Assembly (NCBI GenBank): GCA_963729045.1
Contig: CAVSMN010000010.1
Coordinates: forward strand, 1 to 64,000
DNA length: 64,000 nucleotides
From: an uncultured Nitrososphaeraceae archaeon
GTDB taxonomy: Archaea > Thermoproteota > Nitrososphaeria > Nitrososphaerales > Nitrososphaeraceae
Direction: 5' to 3'
This document shows, in pieces, positions 57,226-64,000 of the stretch. Positions within the stretch are counted from its first letter, which is position 1; each line of letters starts with the position of its first letter. The notes beneath the pieces were generated by a model. The model was not told where the DNA came from. It searched no databases and saw only the letters and a list, made by a program, of their open reading frames with translations. The translations under genes and the position numbers were made by a program.

Positions 57226-58638
57226 TCAAACTGCCTTACCTAAATTAAATTCCTTATATAATGATCTTACTGCTTTTTCACAATCATCATCCCTTACAAT
57301 GAATGCCAGGTTCAATTCCGAAGACCCCTGAGCTATCATTATCACATTGACATCTTCTTTTGCTACGGAGGAAAAAACTCTACCTGCAATTCCCTTGATT
57401 CCACGCATACCGGAACCCACCACAGTAACTATCGAAACATCCTCTAATACATTTAGATGTTTTATTACCTTTCCCAATAATTTCAACTCCAGGGATGTTA
57501 TGGCCTTGCCCAAATCATCCTTTCTCAATACCATAGAAATACTTGATTCAGACGGACCTTGAGATATCATCATTATATTTACTTTATTCTTTGCCAATGT
57601 ATCAAAAATGTTTGCAGCCGTTCCAGGTGATCCCACCATTCCACCACCGCTAACGTCTATCAATGCAGTATTTCTTATTGCGATTATGGATTTAATGATA
57701 TTATTAGATATTCTCAAATTTTGAGTTATTGTAGTCCCAGGGTGAGATAAATTAAATGCATTTCTTATTTTCAGTGGGATATTTGAATCCATTACTGGCT
57801 CCAAAGCTCTTGGATGAATATATTTTGCTCCGAATAGGACCATCTCAGCTGCTTCGCTATAAGATATCTCATCAAGTACCTGTGCATCTTTTACGATCAA
57901 AGGCTCTGCAGTTAATAATCCATCCACGTCACTCCATAAATATACCTCGTCCGCATTAATACAGGAAGCTATTATCGTGGCAGTATAATCAGAACCACTT
58001 CGACCCAAGGTGGTAATATATCCATGCTGGTCTGCTGCTATGTACCCAGTAATTACAGGAATTTTTCCTGCTAGAATCAATGGGATCAGTTTAGCATTTA
58101 CTCTGAACTTTGTGGTATTCATCAAAGGTCTTGCTTCACCAAAATTAGAATCCGTGACGATACCAATCTCTTTTCCAGTAAGAAAATCAGAATTCAAGTT
58201 GTTATTTCGTAACGAATAACTTACAATTGGAGCTGCTAATCGTTCTCCAAATGATAACATATGGTCCAAAGACCTTGGTGTAATTTCAGAAATGAAAACC
58301 AATCCCTCTAAAATGGCTTGGAATTCTTTCAAAATATCCAAGATTACGTTTTTGGCTTCTGCTTGCAATTTCCGATCGGTTATAGTATTTTCAATTAAAT
58401 CAATATGAAGAATGGTCATTTCATCTATGAATGTCTTTATCGCACTCCTTTTTCCCTTTATTATCAGTTCAGAAAGCATGATAATTTTATCTGTTACTCC
58501 AGAGATAGCTGATATTACACAAACAATTTCATTATCTTTTCCTTTCAAGTTTTTAAAAGAATGTACAATATTTACAAGAGTCTTTATTTTTGACGATGAG
58601 TCTAAGACCGACCCTCCGAACTTCATTATTATTCTCAT
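57226..58638 (-). CDS. lysC: Aspartate kinase
   Basis: MKFGGS, SFGER, TLGRSGSDYTA and two ACT domains. Confidence 0.95.
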   Translation of the reverse strand: MRIIMKFGGSVLDSSSKIKTLVNIVHSFKNLKGKDNEIVCVISAISGVTDKIIMLSELIIKGKRSAIKTFIDEMTILHIDLIENTITDRKLQAEAKNVILDILKEFQAILEGLVFISEITPRSLDHMLSFGERLAAPIVSYSLRNNNLNSDFLTGKEIGIVTDSNFGEARPLMNTTKFRVNAKLIPLILAGKIPVITGYIAADQHGYITTLGRSGSDYTATIIASCINADEVYLWSDVDGLLTAEPLIVKDAQVLDEISYSEAAEMVLFGAKYIHPRALEPVMDSNIPLKIRNAFNLSHPGTTITQNLRISNNIIKSIIAIRNTALIDVSGGGMVGSPGTAANIFDTLAKNKVNIMMISQGPSESSISMVLRKDDLGKAITSLELKLLGKVIKHLNVLEDVSIVTVVGSGMRGIKGIAGRVFSSVAKEDVNVIMIAQGSSELNLAFIVRDDDCEKAVRSLYKEFNLGKAV

Positions 58639-58781
58639 ATCAACGAATTACATGGTTTATTAACTAATGGGATTAATAGAGTATTCTAAACCCAAAATTT
58701 GAATATATTAGTCTCGGATAATAACCAATGAGAACATTTGAAATATAGTTACAGCCGAGACATTTTTCGTCCTAATCTAAT

Positions 58782-59543
58782 CTAATCCTGGACTCGTGGT
58801 GCTAAATAAAAATGAATTCTACCGATGTTGGCGATCCTAAATTCAAGACGTATTGGCATCTTTGTAGAATATTCGATAGCAGCTGACACACCAACAGAGC
58901 TCACCGATTTTACAATTTTCAAAAGATAGTCAAGACTATAAGTTGCCTTTGATTCTTCCTTTACATTGATCTCTTCCAATCCTTCGCTGTTTGGTTCCAT
59001 CGTAACAACAGCTTCTCCCGTATCACTTTTACCTACAAACTCAATCCTATCAGGATAGGATTCAATTTCAACGTATTCTGATACGACCTCTATATCAGAA
59101 AGGATCTTATCAAACGAAGATAAAGAAAGCAGGAGTTTGGAATTAAATGACAGTTTTGGTAACGGTGTAGATACTGTTGTACTCTCTATGAGACGCATTT
59201 TGTATTCTCTTTTGTAACTACCCATCGTTTTTATCCTCAAGACATCTTCATCAATGATGGACACTTCCAATTCATCTTTCTTGTCTGTTCGTTTTATCAA
59301 TTTTGAAAATTCAGAAATCCGGACCCCAAATTTTAACTCAGAATCGCATTTATAACTTTCAAATGCAGTATTGGGCCAAAAAATATCAATTAATGCTACA
59401 TGAGATGGGTCCATTCCCCTGAAGGAAATCCCCTCCGAAGTGGCTTCAAATGTGGCTTCATCTACGAGAGTAGATATAGCTGAATTAACAACCTTCCATT
59501 CTTCTGGAGACTTTGTTTTCGCTTCAAACATCAAATTAATCAA
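58782..59543 (-). CDS. pcna: PCNA sliding clamp
   Basis: MDPSHVALI, YSLDYL and FYLAPR. Confidence 0.96.
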   Translation of the reverse strand: MINLMFEAKTKSPEEWKVVNSAISTLVDEATFEATSEGISFRGMDPSHVALIDIFWPNTAFESYKCDSELKFGVRISEFSKLIKRTDKKDELEVSIIDEDVLRIKTMGSYKREYKMRLIESTTVSTPLPKLSFNSKLLLSLSSFDKILSDIEVVSEYVEIESYPDRIEFVGKSDTGEAVVTMEPNSEGLEEINVKEESKATYSLDYLLKIVKSVSSVGVSAAIEYSTKMPIRLEFRIANIGRIHFYLAPRVQD

Positions 59544-59592
59544 CTAAAACAACAATCATCTATAAATTCCAATGGGATATCTAAAATCGTTC

Positions 59593-59937
59593 TTAAGAAT
59601 AATTTCTCCAAGTGTGACTGCATTTTGTACACCGATAGAATTGAGTTGTGGCTTCATCAGCAGACCTTGTCTGCAACATCCACCAAAATGCCATATTATT
59701 AAGGCACTTTGGGCATTCCATATTGGTTGTAGGCAGTGCCTCGATAGGTTTTTCAGAGTCCATTATCTTTAGAGGATCATCAGAATAATCATAATTAGAA
59801 ACAGTTTGGATCACACTTGCAGTGTTAGTCGTACCATTTGTCTCACTCGCCACTATGTGTCCACATTTTAGGCATGTTAGGACTTTTTCCTCTTGTCTAT
59901 TCCTTAAACGTGCATCGCATTTTGGACAAAACTTCAT
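59593..59937 (-). CDS. tfs: Transcription factor S (TFS/RpoM)
   Basis: MKFCPKC and CPKC...QTRSADE...CTKC. Confidence 0.95.
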   Translation of the reverse strand: MKFCPKCDARLRNRQEEKVLTCLKCGHIVASETNGTTNTASVIQTVSNYDYSDDPLKIMDSEKPIEALPTTNMECPKCLNNMAFWWMLQTRSADEATTQFYRCTKCSHTWRNYS

Positions 59938-59956
59938 TTACTAGTTATCACCGCAT

Positions 59957-60235
59957 TCAATTTCCTATCGTGAGCTTCAACATGCCGGCAAGATCATTTG
60001 TAAATTTAATAGCTGACTCTACGGATTCACCCAGTGCCTTGTATGGCTCGTTCTTATTGGTTAGTATCTTTAACATGTATTCTTTGATTAGAGGATGCTT
60101 TAATACAACACCCGCGAATCTGTTATCAGCATTCTTTTGTAGTTCATGTTGAATTATATACAAAATAGATATATCTATGTCATGTATTTTAAATTCTAAT
60201 TCTTTGTCCCTAGCATGTGTAACCTCAGCATGCAT
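59957..60235 (-). CDS. rpoL: RNA polymerase subunit L (Rpo11)
   Basis: FAGVVLKHPL motif, size, and position upstream of TFS. Confidence 0.85.
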   Translation of the reverse strand: MHAEVTHARDKELEFKIHDIDISILYIIQHELQKNADNRFAGVVLKHPLIKEYMLKILTNKNEPYKALGESVESAIKFTNDLAGMLKLTIGN

Positions 60236-60350
60236 ATATAAAAGACAACTACATATTGAGGATATAAATGATACCTTCTCAGTATCTAAATTGGACGAAA
60301 ATGAAAGTCGAATCAGTGCTTTAATCTTGAGAGGAGCACAGGAAAGGCCA

Positions 60351-60806
60351 ATGAATGAGAAATTGTATATATTGACCTTAAGTTTTTCCCTTGAGGGATT
60401 TATCCGACAAGTATTAACGCAGAAGAATTGGGAAAAAGCTTATAATAAACACGATAATTCACTGAGACTCACTATCAAACTAGACATCAAAAATAATGGA
60501 AAAATTATTGAATCAATAAAATTAATAAGAAAAGCTATTTTTTTCTGGACCAGAAATCCAAAAATTGATCATAGGATTTGGATTATGATAGTTAAAGATG
60601 ACACTCCATTTTATCCATTGGAGGAGGAAGAAGCTAGACAGTTGTTGTTTGATTTTAACAAGGATATAGAAATAAAGCCTGATGCTCTAAGAAAAGGTAA
60701 GAACAACCTTACAGTATTGGTGGAATTGTCATGGGGTAAGCATGAATTCATAGAGAAGAACAGTTTGAAAAAAGAATCAAACATCCAACAAATAGACAAT
60801 GACTAG
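60351..60806 (+). CDS. Hypothetical protein
   Basis: Likely start is MNEKLYIL, because the longer ORF overlaps rpoL. Contains FFWTRNPKIDHRIW. Confidence 0.65.
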   Translation: MNEKLYILTLSFSLEGFIRQVLTQKNWEKAYNKHDNSLRLTIKLDIKNNGKIIESIKLIRKAIFFWTRNPKIDHRIWIMIVKDDTPFYPLEEEEARQLLFDFNKDIEIKPDALRKGKNNLTVLVELSWGKHEFIEKNSLKKESNIQQIDND

Positions 60807-60859
60807 ACCTACTAAGCAAAATAATTTAATTTAAATATCACATATAATTGCCATCTACT

Positions 60860-61006
60860 ATGGCTAAATTTGATGGTATCAAAGGACAAGAACTCTTAGA
60901 TGTTGAAGAGAAAGACAACGAATTGACATTAATTTTCAAAGACAACAGGTTCTTATTTGTAAAAACAGAAAACGGAAAATTGATAATTGATTCGGTACCA
61001 GAGTGA
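60860..61006 (+). CDS. 48-aa small protein (below the ORF-track cutoff)
   Basis: MAKFDGIKGQELLDVEEKDNELTLIFKDNRFLFVKTENGKLIIDSVPE*, with TTTAAATA upstream. Confidence 0.65.
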   Translation: MAKFDGIKGQELLDVEEKDNELTLIFKDNRFLFVKTENGKLIIDSVPE

Positions 61007-61054
61007 CAGGCAAGGTAACTTATCTTAGGCCCCATGGCTTGAATTGTAATAAAA

Positions 61055-61411
61055 TCAATTTATTTCAACTAAAATTTTCTCTTCATTCAGATGAATTTTG
61101 TATATTTTAAGATCGTCAGAATGTCTCCATTGTTCATTTTGTTCAATCCAAGTTTCATCCTTTTTCCATGACTTCATGTTTTCCAGTTTGCCTGTAAAAA
61201 TATTATATTCGTATCCGTGCATATAACAAACTACATTATCTCCAAGGAAGCTTCCCTTGGATAATGACGCACCTTTATGTGGGCACCTATTGTTAAAAGC
61301 ATATACCCGATTGTTTCTTTTTCCAATCAAAATCTCTTCTCTTTCTATCGTGATTTTCTCAAAGGAATTTTCCTTTAATTCGTTCAATTTCAAACCGGTA
61401 TCAAAAATCAC
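61055..61411 (-). CDS. Rieske [2Fe-2S] ferredoxin
   Basis: CPHKG ... CYMHG. Confidence 0.9.
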   Translation of the reverse strand: MIFDTGLKLNELKENSFEKITIEREEILIGKRNNRVYAFNNRCPHKGASLSKGSFLGDNVVCYMHGYEYNIFTGKLENMKSWKKDETWIEQNEQWRHSDDLKIYKIHLNEEKILVEIN

Positions 61412-61477
61412 GAATACAATTGAAAAAATCCTATTTATAAATTGATCAAAGTTTTGTATGTCGATAAAATAAAAAAA

Positions 61478-61750
61478 TTAGAGTATTGGTTTTGTCATGG
61501 TTATTGATTCTGTCATTTGTTTATACAGTATCAGAAAGCGTCTTCCTTTTTCAGTCATCTTATAAATTTGAGCCCCATCATCATAAATGATCAAGTCGTT
61601 TTTCATAAGGTTAGATAAGTATTCTTTCATTTGGAGAAACGAAAGATATACTTTGTACATGATTTTAGCCTGTATCGCACCATTGTCACCTACTGTTTCA
61701 AGGATCATTGCTATAATTTCTAGGCGGCTTCTATTTTTCATTTTATCCAA
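61478..61750 (-). CDS. Winged-helix DNA-binding protein (archaeal HTH_45-like)
   Basis: RSRLEIIAMIL..IMYKVYLS..YL..YKMTEKGRRFL. Confidence 0.85.
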   Translation of the reverse strand: MDKMKNRSRLEIIAMILETVGDNGAIQAKIMYKVYLSFLQMKEYLSNLMKNDLIIYDDGAQIYKMTEKGRRFLILYKQMTESITMTKPIL

Positions 61751-62222
61751 ATTATTAAGAAATTTAAAAAATAAAAACGGAGCAATACTAAGACCAATAG
61801 ATATCTTTTAGTGATTTTTTAGCTTTGATGGTATTGATAATATAATATAGATGATACTAATCATTCAAACAAGCAGTTTAATATTAAAAAGATGGCAATT
61901 AGGAATTTAACTAGGAGAATGAACGTAAACCTACTGGAAAAAAATTAACGATTCCTACATTTAACCTAATCTTTCTTCCTTATTAACAAACAGAGAAAAC
62001 AATTTGTTAAGCCTGGGAGGAAAGGTGTGTTGGTTAGTAAGTACCGAATAAACAAAGGCTCTGTATAAAAGACATATGCAACGCATATTTGTATTGTGAG
62101 CATGGATATAGATTGCTACAATATTTCAAACCGACGTAGAGTCTGATACGCTGAAGACCCTCATTACTAACTCAATGCCACAGAGCAAAGATAAATAAAA
62201 TATTTCAGTAACAAAACATGTA

Positions 62223-63533
62223 TTGTTTAAGCGGATCGCAGATTTAAGAACAGAAGATAACATAGGAAAGACCATTTTATTAAGAGGCTGGATCCATAGA
62301 CTACGAAAGCAGAAAGAAAAAACCTTCATAATATTAAGAGATGATAGAGGAGATATTATTCAAGCTATATGTCCTTCTAAATTATGCGAGGATTTGATGA
62401 TCGAATCTTCCATAGAAATACAAGGAAAATTGGAAAAAGATCCAAGAGCAATTGAAGGTGGATACGAGGTAAAAGTGGACAAAATATTGATTTTCAATAT
62501 AGCCAATGCAGACTATCCTATAGGAGAGTATCAGAGTGACGAAATCCTACTTGATTTTAGACATTTGTCACTAAGGACAAGAAAAATGATAAATGTTGGA
62601 AAACTACGAAATTCATTATTAAAATACTCCAGAGAATGGTTTGCTAAAGACGATTGGATGGAAGTAACTCCACCAATACTTGTTCAGAGCTCTGTAGAGG
62701 GAGGGTCCACGCTATTTGAGGTGAAATATTTCAATGAAAAAGCATACTTGTCTCAAAGTTCTCAACTATACCTCGAGTCAATGATTTACTGCTTAGGTCC
62801 TGTATGGACCATTAGCCCCTCCTTTAGAGCAGAAAAGTCAAGGACCATAAGACACTTGGCAGAATTCACCCATTTAGAAGCAGAAGCACCGTGGATAAAT
62901 ATGACCGATCTTATCACCATTCAAGAGAAACTAATATTCAGCATTATAACTCAGATCAGGGAACATAATAAGAAGGAACTAGAGTTTTTGAATACTGCTG
63001 CAATAAAAAAATTAAATGAAATTTCAATCCCATTTGAAAAAATAACTTATGACAGAGCAATAGATAATTTGAGATCCCTAGAATGCAGAATCCGAGATCA
63101 TGATGGGAAAGATAGGCTGATTGAATGGGGAGACGATCTAAATCTTGAATCAGAAAGAGAACTAACAAAGGATAGATCTAATCCGATATTTGTAACAAAT
63201 TATCCTTTAAGCATAAAACCCTTTTACGTTAAACAAGATCCGTTAAATGAGAAGACAGGATTGGCGGTAGACCTTTTGGCTCCCCAAGGATATGGCGAGA
63301 TTTCAGGAGGGGGGATTAGAGAAGACAACCTTGAAAAATTAACAAACAGGATAAGAGAGACAAACCTAAATCCAAATGATTATTCATGGTATTTGGATCT
63401 TAGAAAATACGGGTCAGTACCGCATGGTGGATTCGGTCTAGGCTTGGAGAGACTGCTGAGATGGATATTAGATTTTGACGACATCAAAAACGTGACATTA
63501 TTTCCGAGAACGATGGCGAGGATCTTACCCTAA
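62223..63533 (+). CDS. asnS: Asparagine--tRNA ligase (class IIb; AsnRS more likely than AspRS)
   Basis: OB-fold, LSQSSQLYLE, PSFRAEKSRT.RHL.EF and WYLDLRKYGSVPHGGFGLGLER. Confidence 0.85.
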   Translation: MFKRIADLRTEDNIGKTILLRGWIHRLRKQKEKTFIILRDDRGDIIQAICPSKLCEDLMIESSIEIQGKLEKDPRAIEGGYEVKVDKILIFNIANADYPIGEYQSDEILLDFRHLSLRTRKMINVGKLRNSLLKYSREWFAKDDWMEVTPPILVQSSVEGGSTLFEVKYFNEKAYLSQSSQLYLESMIYCLGPVWTISPSFRAEKSRTIRHLAEFTHLEAEAPWINMTDLITIQEKLIFSIITQIREHNKKELEFLNTAAIKKLNEISIPFEKITYDRAIDNLRSLECRIRDHDGKDRLIEWGDDLNLESERELTKDRSNPIFVTNYPLSIKPFYVKQDPLNEKTGLAVDLLAPQGYGEISGGGIREDNLEKLTNRIRETNLNPNDYSWYLDLRKYGSVPHGGFGLGLERLLRWILDFDDIKNVTLFPRTMARILP

Positions 63534-64000
63534 AGTCGAATTTACGATCATAAATTCTCTCCTTTTTTCCCTCATTATAGAGTAAATATTGGATTCATAG
63601 TCAGATAATTTTTTGATGGTGGCAACCCTTTCGATTCTGGAAATGTCAGCCCCCCCGGCGCGCGATCGAAGATTGTAAGAATTGGATAGAGTCATCATGA
63701 CTTTTTCTATCAACAAAATAGTGGAAACCACCCTTTCCTCTTGGACAAAAGAATTCTTAGCTGGAACTTTCCATGAAAATTTCGTCCCAAAATTAACCCT
63801 GCTATTAACGCTAGTGCTCTGCTCTAAGTGTAGCTGGACCACCACCTTTGATAGAGATGAATTCCTAGTAATTTGATGGTGGTACAACATATAATTTACG
63901 CATGCTCGCCCAGTCAACATTTTTTGGCATGATAGGGTGAACAGGATATTCATTACTTTTAGGATTAATCAAAACAAGGCAATTTGGAGTTGGATATAGG
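63525..64000 (-). CDS. 3' part of an unidentified gene running off the window, probably frameshifted
   Basis: Overlapping open frames convergent with asnS. No motif recognised. Confidence 0.35.

Overview
AT-rich archaeal DNA, most likely an ammonia-oxidising Nitrososphaerales archaeon (Nitrosocosmicus-like). This is inferred from the Rpo11-TFS-PCNA cluster, CDC48, NurA, a TFE-beta-like gene, archaeal TyrRS/AsnRS, a BHB-intron tRNA, and cupredoxin and MEDS proteins. Layout: (1) 1-13 kb is accessory and partly decayed: a broken SF2 helicase-SWIM gene, a broken AEP primase, a GNAT, a GH38 mannosidase, a degenerate cupredoxin, Cys-rich micro-ORFs and long hairpins. (2) 13-28.6 kb is core genes. 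(3) About 28.9-55.4 kb is accessory DNA abutting the 3' end of a tRNA-Gly(TCC) with two introns. A degenerate copy of the tRNA 3' end plus the integrase-proximal arm recurs at ~35.1-35.4 kb, suggesting two tandem integrations. The younger ~20 kb segment is a dense cluster of PRC-barrel-like, YsnF/AvaK (DUF2382), LEA-like, Q/T/N-rich secreted, DUF1059, GT4 and MEDS/receiver genes that looks like a stress/dormancy island, and several of its promoters share an atypical element just upstream of the TATA box. To its left is a non-canonical class III nucleotide cyclase overlapping a broken membrane-protein gene. (4) 55.5-64 kb is core genes. Single-base frameshifts are frequent, even in housekeeping genes, so many 'pseudogenes' may be assembly indel errors. 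All family calls come from motif recognition by eye; no database search was run.
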